From positions 1,398,227 through 1,462,226 of the forward strand of contig NZ_JAUSVL010000001.1 in NCBI RefSeq assembly GCF_030814695.1: 64,000 nt of DNA. Reading direction: 5' to 3'. The translations under genes were made by a program, and so were the position numbers. Below are positions 1 to 9,686 of the stretch, piece by piece (the stretch's first letter is position 1; each line of letters opens with the position of its first letter). The notes below the pieces were generated by a model, which saw only the letters and a list, made by a program, of their open reading frames with translations, was not told the DNA's origin and did not search any database. The stretch comes from Oligosphaera ethanolica (GTDB taxonomy: Bacteria > Verrucomicrobiota > Lentisphaeria > Oligosphaerales > Oligosphaeraceae).

Positions 1-750
1 CGCCGCCACGGCCGACGGTTCGGCGGCGACCTGCGCCACCGCGAAATCCGGCATGACCAGATCCCGCCCGCCGATGTTGGCCGTATTCACCACGGGCAGC
101 CCGCACAGCAAATACTCCGCGCTGACGAACATTGCGCCCTCTTCCGCCGACAGGCACATGCCGCAGTGCGCCCGATTGATCGGCAGCATGATCAGCCGCG
201 ACGTGTACTTCCGCGACCACCGCGCGCGCGGCAAACCGCGCAGCGTCGCCTCGGCGTAGTCGTGCTCTTTTTCAGAATAATCGCCGATGAGGTACAAGCT
301 CTCCACCTCACTCAGCAGCACATGGCGTTTAAACGGCGTGATGCGCGCGATATAAATAGCGTCGTAGCGTTTCCCCAAAAAGGGCAGAATCGGGTAGCGC
401 CGTTCGTCCAAAAACGCGTTCTGATGGCAGAGCACGACCTCCATGCCATGCGCGGACAAGGCGGCGACTTCCTCTGGCTCGTTGGCCAAAATCAATACCC
501 GACTGATCTGCGGCAGGCGTTCACGGGCCGCGCGAAATTCCTGCGCGAGCTTCGCAGCGGCAGCGGCCTTGCGGCGCTGCCACCCCAGCTGGATGAACAG
601 CGTCACGGGTTGATCCCGTGGCAAGGCCCGCTCGTAGGCATCCACGTGGTTCAGAAAATCGCGCTCATACGCCGCCAGCACATAGGGCCGACGCGATAAT
701 ATGGAACAGGGCAAAAAACGCCCCATGCCTAAGGCTGGCATGTTTGGCAT
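1..750 (-). CDS. Glycosyltransferase family 1 (GT4-like). The 3' end runs off the window start; the start codon is at 750, with alternatives at 741 and 726.
   Basis: The reverse-strand reading frame is open from 750 to position 1. It is not in the ORF track because there is no stop inside the window. The translation contains the GT1 C-terminal motif EGAMFVSAEYLLCGLPVVNTANIGGRDLV. Confidence 0.6.
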   Translation of the reverse strand, partial: MPNMPALGMGRFLPCSILSRRPYVLAAYERDFLNHVDAYERALPRDQPVTLFIQLGWQRRKAAAAAKLAQEFRAARERLPQISRVLILANEPEEVAALSAHGMEVVLCHQNAFLDERRYPILPFLGKRYDAIYIARITPFKRHVLLSEVESLYLIGDYSEKEHDYAEATLRGLPRARWSRKYTSRLIMLPINRAHCGMCLSAEEGAMFVSAEYLLCGLPVVNTANIGGRDLVMPDFAVAQVAAEPSAVAA

Positions 751-850
751 CGTTGGTCTCCACTACAGCAGTTCGCCCCGCACGTCCCACCGCAGCGTTG
801 CGGTGGCATTAGGATACTGCCGCCATGCCTGGTTACAAGCAACCCTTCCG

Positions 851-967
851 ACCGATCAGACCGATCAGACCGATCAGACCGATCAGACCGATCAAATCGA
901 CGATCCGTCCGATCCGTCCGATCCGTCCGATCCGTCCGATCCGTCCGATCCGTCCGATCCGTCCGCG
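851..967. repeat. 9-bp tandem repeat array: GATCAGACC x4 followed by GATCCGTCC x7.
   Basis: Perfect 9-bp periodicity is read directly from the sequence. The array is intergenic, between the GT start and the Gfo/Idh/MocA stop. Confidence 0.9.
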
Positions 968-1011
968 ATACAAGACCGTCGATCCGAGTGCGCTACAAAG
1001 TCTGGTCCCGT

Positions 1012-2160
1012 TCATTCGCGGTTCAGCGGGTGCTTTCGGTCCTCCAGGGGCAGCGCCACTGGGCGGCCGGCCAGATGGGCCGCGTAGACGCCGACGATCA
1101 TTTCCAGCGACGTGAGTACATTGGCCGCGCTGGAGATGGGCTCGCTATCGTCGTCGATCGACTGCAGAAGGTCCCAGGCGGCGAGGCGGTTGTTGTCGGC
1201 GTAATACTGGTGGCTGTAGTTGCCGGCAGCCAGTCCCATGGCGGCGTAATCCAGGGGCACCGCGCCTGGAATATTACGCGTTTCGGTCAATGGCACGTCC
1301 TCAAAGACCGCCTGATCTTCGAAGGGCAAGGTCGCCGAGCGGTTGATGCGCAACGGCCGTTTGCCGTCGTAACGGACCGCAAGCGAGCCCTTGGTACCCA
1401 CGACGACCAGCCCCATGCGCTGGCATGGGCCGCGCCCGACCAGCCCGCGGCGACTCTCGAAGATGCCGTTGACACCACCGGGGAAGCGATAGAACGCCAG
1501 CACTTCGTCGCCGACACAGGGCCCGATGGGCTCTTCCGTCTTGCAGCGGTCCTGCGCGGTGGTGGGCCGGCCGTCGAGCTGGCGGACGTCTGCCCAGACC
1601 TGCTCCGGCGCGCCGAACAGGTACACGCCGAGATCGAGGATGTGCGAGCCCAAGACCATCATGTCTTCGCCGCCACCGCGGGAGTCTTCCTTGCCGCGAC
1701 CGTAGAAGGTCAGTACCCGGCCGATCTCACCGGCCTCAATCATCTGCTTCATAGTGCGGAAAACCAATGCGTAACGACCCAGATGGGCGACGACGATTTT
1801 CAGGCGCCGCTGCGCCGCCAGCGCAATCAGCTCGTCGGCTTCGTCCAGCTCGGCGACAAAGGGCTTCTCGCATATGACATGGCAACCGTGCTCGAGCGCG
1901 AACTTGATCTGCTCGTAATGCTCGTCCGGCGAACGCGAGCAGTCGGCGACGATATCGGGTTTTTCGACCTCGATCATCTCGCGGTAATTCGTGTAACGCC
2001 GTTTGGCGCCGGTCAGGCGCAAACGGTCGTCGATGCCCTCGTCATTGGCATCGCAGAGCGCCGCGATGTCGACGCCGGGTAGCCCCGTGAAAGACAAGTG
2101 GGTGTAGTGCCCGCCGAGGCGGCCACCGCCCGTATGATAGATGATGCAGACTTTTTTCAT
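1012..2160 (-). CDS. Gfo/Idh/MocA family oxidoreductase.
   Basis: The N-terminal Rossmann region MKKVCIIYHTGGGRLGGHY and the EKP motif (CHVICEKPFV) are present. I moved the start to the ATG at 2160, because the ORF-track start at 2178 is a GTG. Confidence 0.8.
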   Translation of the reverse strand: MKKVCIIYHTGGGRLGGHYTHLSFTGLPGVDIAALCDANDEGIDDRLRLTGAKRRYTNYREMIEVEKPDIVADCSRSPDEHYEQIKFALEHGCHVICEKPFVAELDEADELIALAAQRRLKIVVAHLGRYALVFRTMKQMIEAGEIGRVLTFYGRGKEDSRGGGEDMMVLGSHILDLGVYLFGAPEQVWADVRQLDGRPTTAQDRCKTEEPIGPCVGDEVLAFYRFPGGVNGIFESRRGLVGRGPCQRMGLVVVGTKGSLAVRYDGKRPLRINRSATLPFEDQAVFEDVPLTETRNIPGAVPLDYAAMGLAAGNYSHQYYADNNRLAAWDLLQSIDDDSEPISSAANVLTSLEMIVGVYAAHLAGRPVALPLEDRKHPLNRE

Positions 2161-2189
2161 GGCGTGTGTCGTTGTCACTCTTGTTGTTG

Positions 2190-2960
2190 TTAGATTTTGC
2201 CGGCTTTGGGGCCGAGGGTGCGGCCACCATCAACGATGTAGTTGCTGCCGGTAATAAAGGACGCCTCCTCGGATGCCAAAAAGGCGACCATCGACGCCAG
2301 TTCGGAAGGCCGCCCCTGGCGCTTCACGTAGGTGCCCTCGCTCGTCGGCATCACCTCGGGCTCCTCGCCCACCGCATAGCGCGCCACCAGCCCCGGCGAC
2401 ACGCAATTGACATTGATGTTCTTCGGGCCCACTTCAATGGCCAGCGCCTTGGTAAAGCCGATAATACCCGCCTTCGCCGCCGAATAATCCGCACGCTGCT
2501 CAATACCGACTTCGGCGGCAATGGACGCGATGTTGATGATCTTGCCATACTCCCGGCTGAGCATACCCGGCAACACCGCCTGCGTGCAACGCATCGTGCC
2601 GCCGAGGTTAAGGTCGAGCACCCACTGCCAGATGTCCTCCTGCGCGTCCTTGAACTCGGTCAGGGCCTTGCGCAACGCGGCGCTGCCACCGGCGTTGTTG
2701 ACCAGGATGTCAATCCGACCGAAGCGTTCCTCCACGGCGCTGGTCATCGCCCGCACTGACGCCGTCTCAAGCACGTCAGCCACAAACGCGGCCGCGCGAC
2801 CGCCGGCCTTTTCGATAACCAGCACGGTCTTCTCCGCTTGTTCCAACGTGCGGTCCGTCACGGCGACGACCGCGCCTTCCTGCGCAAGGCGCAGGCAGAT
2901 CGCCCCGCCGATCGCGCCACCACCGCCGGTGACGACGGCGACTTTGTCTTTGAGCTTCAT
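2190..2960 (-). CDS. SDR family oxidoreductase (3-oxoacyl-ACP reductase-like).
   Basis: It carries TGGGGAIG, NNAG and YSAAK motifs. An AAGGA RBS lies 8 nt upstream of the ATG at 2960. Confidence 0.8.
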   Translation of the reverse strand: MKLKDKVAVVTGGGGAIGGAICLRLAQEGAVVAVTDRTLEQAEKTVLVIEKAGGRAAAFVADVLETASVRAMTSAVEERFGRIDILVNNAGGSAALRKALTEFKDAQEDIWQWVLDLNLGGTMRCTQAVLPGMLSREYGKIINIASIAAEVGIEQRADYSAAKAGIIGFTKALAIEVGPKNINVNCVSPGLVARYAVGEEPEVMPTSEGTYVKRQGRPSELASMVAFLASEEASFITGSNYIVDGGRTLGPKAGKI

Positions 2961-3291
2961 TCTTGCGTCCTTAGGTTGTAGTGAAGGTGCGAGCCTACTT
3001 ATCTGCGCTCGCGTCATATTTGCCGGTCCAGAAATAGCCATTGTAGCCCGCCAGAACTCGCGCTTTTACTGCACCTGTCTCAAAGCTATTGGTGACGACG
3101 ATATTGGCAAGACTACTTCACAATAAAAAATTGAAAATATCACGGTAAAACTTGAGCCATTTACAAGAAAAACACGAAAACGTGCAAAAACAACGAATGA
3201 ATAACGTCTCACCGCGCCAGCGATAGGCATGCCGTGCATCCATTATCAATGACTCCTCCTATGAAACACGCTGCCGCAAAGGTCGGCGGAA

Positions 3292-3381
3292 GTCAAGGTC
3301 GAATGGCTGGGCGGCGACTGGCCGTGGGTTTCCTGCAAATTGTCCCAGCGAAGCGCCGGGGTGTACACTGACCGATTACCC
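3292..3381 (+). promoter_or_regulatory. Copy A of a conserved 88-bp upstream element that contains the GTGTACAC palindrome. It lies 87 bp upstream of the gene starting at 3468.
   Basis: It is near-identical to the reverse complement of 41030..41118. Confidence 0.4.
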
Positions 3382-3467
3382 GCCGCCGTAGTTATTTTTT
3401 ATCATTGCATTGTTTTGCCCTGCGACCGGGGTATACTTGAGAGCAAGTTAGGGAAAGGTCTTCAGCC

Positions 3468-4511
3468 ATGACAACACCAGCATCACAGTTTTCACCGGCG
3501 TGGACGGTTCTTCCGGCTGGTGACGGCACCGTCGCCATGGCGCACGCGCTCCAGGGCCGCATCTTCTGCGAGCTCGACGGTGAAATTGTCCACCGCTATG
3601 ACGCCGCGCTGGCGTCGGCACCAGCGCCTGACGCCTTCAACAACCTCGGCGGCAACTCGCTGTGGCCGGGGCCGGAAGGCGGCCCCTACGCATTCAATTA
3701 CCCGCCGGGCGACGGCGGCTGGTACGTCCAGCCGGCAATCAACAGCCAGCCGACCATCGCCGAGGAGTCGACGACGACGCGCCTTGCCGGCGGCAAGGTC
3801 GTCAGTCTGCAGAATCGCCGGGGCGTGACACGCCTTTTTGACTACCGCCGCAGCGTAAGCATCCTGGCACCGCAGGATATGAGCGGCCCGTACGGCATCA
3901 AGGGCGTCGCCTACAGCTGCACCGATGAATTGCGCGCGCAGGATCCACCCCCGACCGACGATATGCTCTTCTGCGCCTGGTCGCTGGAGCAATTCCCCGG
4001 TGGCGACGGCGTCGTCGCCTTTGGAATAACCACCGATGACGCGGCGACGGCCATCAACTGCGATTACTATGGCCATCCCGGCGACCGTCTGCGCTGCGAT
4101 GGCCAGCTGTTCCGCCTCGCCCTTGGCGGCAAGGACCGTTTCCAGATCGGCATTGCCCACCACAGCCAGCCCAAACTCATCGGCGCCTATGACCCACGCC
4201 GCAATCTGCTGATCATCCGCCGCATCAGCAAAATCACCGACAATGGTCTCTATTTCAATATCGCTGACAACGACCAGCCGCGCGGGGCCTTCTCCGCCGC
4301 CGATTCCTACAGCATCTTCAATGGCGGCGAAATGGGCTTTTTCGAGCTGGAGACCATCGCGCCGCTACACTGCGACGCGGCTGGCCGCGGCACCCACAGT
4401 ACGCTCTGCACTGAAACGCTGATCTTCAAAGGCGCGCCAGACCGGCTCGGGCACTGCCTGGAAGATTGCTTCGGCGTTCCGGCCACTTTCATCGGAGGAC
4501 TGCAGGCATGA
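3468..4511 (+). CDS. Hypothetical protein, family not recognised.
   Basis: It is a 347-aa ORF with protein-like composition. It is translationally coupled to the downstream deacetylase by an ATGA overlap. Confidence 0.6.
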   Translation: MTTPASQFSPAWTVLPAGDGTVAMAHALQGRIFCELDGEIVHRYDAALASAPAPDAFNNLGGNSLWPGPEGGPYAFNYPPGDGGWYVQPAINSQPTIAEESTTTRLAGGKVVSLQNRRGVTRLFDYRRSVSILAPQDMSGPYGIKGVAYSCTDELRAQDPPPTDDMLFCAWSLEQFPGGDGVVAFGITTDDAATAINCDYYGHPGDRLRCDGQLFRLALGGKDRFQIGIAHHSQPKLIGAYDPRRNLLIIRRISKITDNGLYFNIADNDQPRGAFSAADSYSIFNGGEMGFFELETIAPLHCDAAGRGTHSTLCTETLIFKGAPDRLGHCLEDCFGVPATFIGGLQA

Positions 4512-5386
4512 ACAACATCAAGGTCGTCATCGGTATCGACACCGAAACGGACATCGGCAGCTGGACGCCCTGGTACGAAGGCCTGGTCAATGGCACACCC
4601 ATTGTCCTCGATCTCTTCCGCAAACACCAGGTCACCGGCACCTTCTACTTCACGGGCGACGCCGCGCGCAAAAATCCCGGCACGGTGCAGGCCGTCAAGG
4701 CCGCCGGCCACGAAATCGGCTGCCACACGCTCTTCCACGAAACCATCGGCGATGCGCTCTTCGACATCCCCGGCATGATGCCCATTCTGCCCGAAGAAGT
4801 GCCCCTGCGCCTCAAGCTGGCGACGGAGTGGGTCGAGGAGGTCGCCGGCGTCCGCCCGCTGTCCTTCCGCTGTCCGCGGCTCTTCGGCTCGACGGCCGTG
4901 GTCAACGCCCTCGACGCGCTCGGCTACCGCACGGACGCCAGCTACCCGATGTATTTCTACCGGGAACGACTGACGCCATACCACCCCGCCGCCGACGACT
5001 GGACCAAAGAAGGATCACTGCGACTAGTCGAGCTGCCCAATTTCGCCGACATGGCCATGGAATCCCAAGACAAGTTCGGGCGCGACCGCGATCAGTGGCC
5101 GCTCTTCCGCACCGCCGGCGCTGACGAGCTCATGCGCCACATCGACAGCTATGTCGAGTTTTGCACCCACAGAAAAGTCGAGCCCTTCCTCTGCTTCTAC
5201 TTCCATCCCTGGGAATTCTGGCCCATGCGCCAAGGGCTGATCCACTACGGCGAGGGCTCCGTCCTCCCCGACCCGTTCCTCATCGAAAACTGCGGACCAT
5301 ACGCCGTTGCCCAATTCGACCTGCTCCTGTCGCGCCTCAAAGCGGCCGGAGCGGTATTCCACCAGGCGAAAGACATCACTGCATAG
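4508..5386 (+). CDS. Polysaccharide deacetylase (NodB homology domain).
   Basis: TFYFTGDAA and GHEIGCHTLFHE motifs are present. The start is at 4508, where the ATG overlaps the upstream TGA. Confidence 0.75.
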   Translation: MNNIKVVIGIDTETDIGSWTPWYEGLVNGTPIVLDLFRKHQVTGTFYFTGDAARKNPGTVQAVKAAGHEIGCHTLFHETIGDALFDIPGMMPILPEEVPLRLKLATEWVEEVAGVRPLSFRCPRLFGSTAVVNALDALGYRTDASYPMYFYRERLTPYHPAADDWTKEGSLRLVELPNFADMAMESQDKFGRDRDQWPLFRTAGADELMRHIDSYVEFCTHRKVEPFLCFYFHPWEFWPMRQGLIHYGEGSVLPDPFLIENCGPYAVAQFDLLLSRLKAAGAVFHQAKDITA

Positions 5387-5396
5387 GAGATTCGAC

Positions 5397-6551
5397 ATGT
5401 ACGCCATTCCGAAAAACGAGTACGCCGAGCGCATCGCCAAATTCCAGGCCAATCTCCAGGCCGCCGGCCTCGACGCCGCGCTGGTGCACGGCAACGAAGC
5501 CGACTTCGCCAACGTGCGCTATCTCTCCGAATACTGGCCAACTTTCGAGGCCGCCGCGGTGTTCGTGCCCGCCAAAGGCAAACCCGTGCTCGTCATCGGC
5601 CCCGAAAGCGAAAAATACGCCCGCGGCCGCAGTGTCATCCCCGACATCTGCCTGATGCTTGAATACCGCGAGTCAGCCGAGCCGAACTACCCCGGCATCG
5701 CCGTCGCCCACTATCCGGACGTCGTCGCGCTGTCGGGCTGCGGGCCGCTGCGCAAGCTGGGCATTGTCAGCTACAGCATCACGCCGCTGCCAGTGCTCGA
5801 CGCGCTCAAACGCGATCTCCCCGGCGTGGAACTGATCAAAGCCGACCACCTCTTCCTGCCCCTGCGCTTCATCAAGAGCGATAACGAGCTGGCCTGCATG
5901 CGCCGCGCCTTCGCCATCAGCGAAATCGCTGTCGACGCCATTCTCAACGAGCTCAAGCCCGGCATGACCGAATTCCAGGTCATTGGCATCGCCCAGCGCG
6001 AAATCTACCAGCACGGCGGCGAGTACGAAGGCCACGCGCTCTACTGCTTCAGCGGTCCGCGCACCAACAACGCCATTTGCCGGCCGACGCACAAGACCAT
6101 CCAGGCCAACGAGATCATCCAGCTCAACATCGGCGCCCGCGTCGCCGGCTACTCGTCCAGCGTCGGCCTGCCCCTGTCCATCGGCAAACTGCCCGCGCCG
6201 CAAAAACGCCTGGCCGAATTCGGCCTGCAGGCGCACTTCAAGACCATCGAACTCATGCAGGCCGGCAAAGCCGCCGCCGCCGTGGTCAAAGAGTACGAAG
6301 AATGGGTCAAAGCACAAGGCTTCGGACAGTACATGCTCTATGGGCCCTGCCACGCCATCGGCATGATGGAAGTCGAACAGCCTTGGATGGAATCAACGTC
6401 CACCTTCGACCTCGCCGAAAACATGACCTTCCAGGTCGATACGTTCTTTTCTGCCGACGACTTCGGCCTCCGCTGGGAAAATGGCGTCGCCGTCCAAAAA
6501 CACGGCGTCGAAAAAATGTCATCCAAATTCATGCGCCTGATCGAACTGTAA
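5397..6551 (+). CDS. M24 family metallopeptidase (Xaa-Pro aminopeptidase / creatinase-like).
   Basis: It has a creatinase-like N-terminal domain followed by a pita-bread domain. An AGGAGA RBS precedes the ATG at 5397. Confidence 0.8.
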   Translation: MYAIPKNEYAERIAKFQANLQAAGLDAALVHGNEADFANVRYLSEYWPTFEAAAVFVPAKGKPVLVIGPESEKYARGRSVIPDICLMLEYRESAEPNYPGIAVAHYPDVVALSGCGPLRKLGIVSYSITPLPVLDALKRDLPGVELIKADHLFLPLRFIKSDNELACMRRAFAISEIAVDAILNELKPGMTEFQVIGIAQREIYQHGGEYEGHALYCFSGPRTNNAICRPTHKTIQANEIIQLNIGARVAGYSSSVGLPLSIGKLPAPQKRLAEFGLQAHFKTIELMQAGKAAAAVVKEYEEWVKAQGFGQYMLYGPCHAIGMMEVEQPWMESTSTFDLAENMTFQVDTFFSADDFGLRWENGVAVQKHGVEKMSSKFMRLIEL

Positions 6552-6809
6552 CCAGCCCGCGCTGCACAGCCCACAAACAACACCCCAATCGCCCGGCACG
6601 GCCACCAACCGCCCGGGCGAGCGGGCCTTATGGCCGTGCGGCTCCCGACGATTCTTCTTTCCCCCTGCGCCTATCTGGTTTATGTCGGCGACGACGTCGT
6701 TGCCACCAGCGCCGTGAGCTATTTTCAGCTCAAGCCGACCTACCACAACCACAATGGTCTTTACCGTCGCTTCGCACCCAATCATCACCACGACCAGAAA
6801 AGCAATGCC

Positions 6810-7622
6810 ATGAGCAAGCCCGCACAGTCCGATGTCTTCAGCCAAGAAGAACAGTTTCACGATGACTGGGCCAAGACCATCCACAGTGATGACATTGACG
6901 TGGATACCTTCTTCACCTGCCCGTCCTGCGTTGAAAACAAACTCATCGCTGACTGGCTCGGCGATGTCCACGGCAAAAAAATCCTCGAGCTCGGCTGCGG
7001 CGCCGGCGAGGCGTCGGTCTTTCTAGCCAAACGCGGCGGCGACGTGACGGCGACAGATATCTCTGGCGAGATGCTCAAAGTCGCCGACGAGCTGGCCCGC
7101 AACAATGGCGTGACTATCGCAACCAGCAAATGCCTGTCGCACGCGCTAAGCTTCCCCGACGCGTCCTTCGATGTCGTCTACTGCGCCAATCTCCTCCACC
7201 ATGTCGATATCGACGCAACGCTCGCCGAGGTCCGGCGAGTGCTGAAGACCGGCGGCATCTTTGTCGCCTGGGAACCCCTGGCGCACAATCCAGTCATCAA
7301 TGTCTACCGCCGCATGGCTGACAAAGTCCGTACCGCCGACGAACACCCCCTCACCATGGCCCAAATCAAGACGCTGTCGCGCTACTTCAGCTCCATTCAG
7401 ACGCAAATGACCTGGTTCTTCACCCTCGCCGTCTTCCTCAAATTCTACTTCGTCGATCATGTCCATCCCAACGACGAACGCTACTGGAAGAAAATCGTCT
7501 ACGACTTTCCGCGCTTTGCCGGCCTCTACCTCTTCCTCGAAAAGGCCGACCGCATTTTTCTGCGCTGCCTGCCCTTCATGCGACGCTACTGCTGGAACGT
7601 CGTCCTCCTCTGCAAAAAATAA
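6810..7622 (+). CDS. Class I SAM-dependent methyltransferase (small-molecule type).
   Basis: It has the ILELGCGAGE motif I and the DVVYCANLLHH region. The internal ATG start was chosen because the upstream part of the ORF has poor coding character. Confidence 0.75.
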   Translation: MSKPAQSDVFSQEEQFHDDWAKTIHSDDIDVDTFFTCPSCVENKLIADWLGDVHGKKILELGCGAGEASVFLAKRGGDVTATDISGEMLKVADELARNNGVTIATSKCLSHALSFPDASFDVVYCANLLHHVDIDATLAEVRRVLKTGGIFVAWEPLAHNPVINVYRRMADKVRTADEHPLTMAQIKTLSRYFSSIQTQMTWFFTLAVFLKFYFVDHVHPNDERYWKKIVYDFPRFAGLYLFLEKADRIFLRCLPFMRRYCWNVVLLCKK

Positions 7623-7773
7623 CGGCGCTGCCGTCGTGCCACTACCCCCCCCTGCCCGAAGTGCGACCGCACCGACGGTTGCAGCCAATCGCGGCGAGTG
7701 TACATTCAGCTCGACGGCTGATTTTCCGGCACATACGCAAACAGGAACGGACCACAACACGGAGTTTTACAGC

Positions 7774-9654
7774 ATGAAATCCTTGCTTCTAGTGAGTATG
7801 GCAGTCATGATGGCGACCGGCGCCCGGGCCGCCGAAAAAGTCATCGCCTCGGCCTTCGGTTTCAACGCCGAAAATGCCACCGCGTGCCTGCAGGAGGCCA
7901 TCGCCAGCGGCGCCAAAACGGTGGTCGTGGACAACACCGGCCACGACTGGATCGTCAGCCCCATCGCCCTGCGTTCCGACCTGGAGCTGGTCTTCGCCGA
8001 CGGCGTGGTCGTCCGCGCTCTGCCGGGCGCCTTCCACGCGCTAAACGACGCCCTCTTTGCGGCCCAAAACTGCCAAGACGTCACCCTGCGCGGCGAGGGC
8101 TTGGCGCGTCTCGTCATGAACAAGCAGGACTACCAGGACGCCGCCGTCTACAAGCGCTCTGAATGGCGGCATCTCATCAATATCCGCGGCTGCGAAAATG
8201 TCCGCATCGAACATCTGACGCTGGAAAGCAGCGGCGGCGACGGCATCTACATCGGCTCCACCCGCGACATGCCAGGATGCAAAAATGTCCTCATTAACGC
8301 CATTACCGCCCGTGACCAACACCGACAGGGCATCAGCGTCATCAGCGCGGAAAAGCTGCGCATCAGCAACAGCAGCTTCAATGGCACCAAAGGTACCGCC
8401 CCCGCCGCCGGCATCGACTTCGAACCCAACCACGCCCGCGAATGGCTCGATGACTGCGTCGTCGAAAACTGCGAGTTCAACGACAACGCCGGAGCCGGCA
8501 TGACGCTCTACCTGAACAAGCTGACGGCCGAATCGCGGCCCATCTCGGTGCTCTTCAAGAACTGCCGCATGGCCGGCAACTCGCGAAATTTCAGCATCGG
8601 CGCCGCCGATGTCTCGCCCGTCAAGGGCAGTCTGCGCCTCGAAAACTGCCATCTCAGCGGCGCCCGCCACGCCGAGATGGTCATCGCCAACCAGCAGGAA
8701 GGTGGGCTGGACTTCAGCATCGCCGACTGTGTCCTGGACTGCCGCAGCAGCAACTCGCGCGGGCTGACCATCAGCAGCCGCAGCCTCACCGACGTCAGCG
8801 GCATCCGCTTCGCCAATCTGAGCATCCTGCCCGGAGAGCAGCCGCCACTGTCATTCCAAAGCGGCACCGGCAGCGGCATCAAGGACCTCCAGGGCACGAT
8901 CAGCATCGCCGGACAGCCCTTCGACCTCGCGGCCTTCGTCGCCGCCAACAAACCCGATGAGGACCTGAAGCAGTTCAGCGGCGCGCCCCTGGACCTCAAG
9001 AAGCTGCGCCCCATTGGCAACAGCGCGCGCAATGCCCTACCCCACTGCCGATTCCGCCACCGCATTAAATTCCTGCAGTACATCGAGGGCGGCCGCGACC
9101 TGCCACTGGTCTTCACCGCCAGCCAGGTCAATAATGCGCCCCTGAACATCAAACTGGCGGTACGCGACAGCAATGACACCATCATTGACGACGTCGTCAT
9201 CACCACGTCGCCATTCACTTACGTCGCCGAAGCCGCCGCCAACGACGTCTGGTCTTTCGAATTCGATACCGGCACCAACACCATCAGCATCGACTACGCC
9301 GCGCCGGGCCAGGCAATCTGCACCGACAGCCCCGTCGGCATCTTCCGCAGCGCCGACCACAGCTTCTTCTTCATGGTCCCCGCCGGCGTCAAGGACATCG
9401 CCATCAAGATCGCCCCCGATCCCAACGAGCCGGTCAGCGCCGCGCTCATTGACCCGGCCGGCAAGACCGTCCACGCCATCGCCGACGCCACCAACGCCTT
9501 CATCCTCAAACACCACCGCGAAGACGCCGCCAAAGATGAAATCTGGAGCCTGGCCTTCCCCTCCGCCCTCGAAGACTACAGCTTCCGCCTCGGCGCGCCA
9601 CTGCCCCCGCTGGTCGCCACCGCCCCCGAAAACCTCCTCATCGTCAATCCTTGA
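7774..9654 (+). CDS. Secreted right-handed parallel beta-helix repeat protein (pectate-lyase-like fold).
   Basis: It has a signal peptide MKSLLLVSMAVMMATGARA and repeated NxxGxGI / beta-helix turns. Confidence 0.65.
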   Translation: MKSLLLVSMAVMMATGARAAEKVIASAFGFNAENATACLQEAIASGAKTVVVDNTGHDWIVSPIALRSDLELVFADGVVVRALPGAFHALNDALFAAQNCQDVTLRGEGLARLVMNKQDYQDAAVYKRSEWRHLINIRGCENVRIEHLTLESSGGDGIYIGSTRDMPGCKNVLINAITARDQHRQGISVISAEKLRISNSSFNGTKGTAPAAGIDFEPNHAREWLDDCVVENCEFNDNAGAGMTLYLNKLTAESRPISVLFKNCRMAGNSRNFSIGAADVSPVKGSLRLENCHLSGARHAEMVIANQQEGGLDFSIADCVLDCRSSNSRGLTISSRSLTDVSGIRFANLSILPGEQPPLSFQSGTGSGIKDLQGTISIAGQPFDLAAFVAANKPDEDLKQFSGAPLDLKKLRPIGNSARNALPHCRFRHRIKFLQYIEGGRDLPLVFTASQVNNAPLNIKLAVRDSNDTIIDDVVITTSPFTYVAEAAANDVWSFEFDTGTNTISIDYAAPGQAICTDSPVGIFRSADHSFFFMVPAGVKDIAIKIAPDPNEPVSAALIDPAGKTVHAIADATNAFILKHHREDAAKDEIWSLAFPSALEDYSFRLGAPLPPLVATAPENLLIVNP

Positions 9655-9686
9655 ATTCCCCACCGCGCCAGCAGCACGCGCCATGC

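Noticed and set aside
166-699. Plus-strand ORFs 166-699, 53-259 and 618-812 at the left edge.
   Set aside because: They are Arg/Pro-rich high-GC shadow frames. The reverse strand has an uninterrupted, clearly protein-like GT1 reading frame across the whole region that is absent from the track only because its stop is off-window.
701-1115. ORFs 701-1087, 825-1115 and 833-1015 encoding TDQTDQ..., PIRPIRPIR... and GRIGRIG... repeats.
   Set aside because: They are translations of the non-coding 9-bp tandem array in three frames. There is no start context, and they overlap the GT start.
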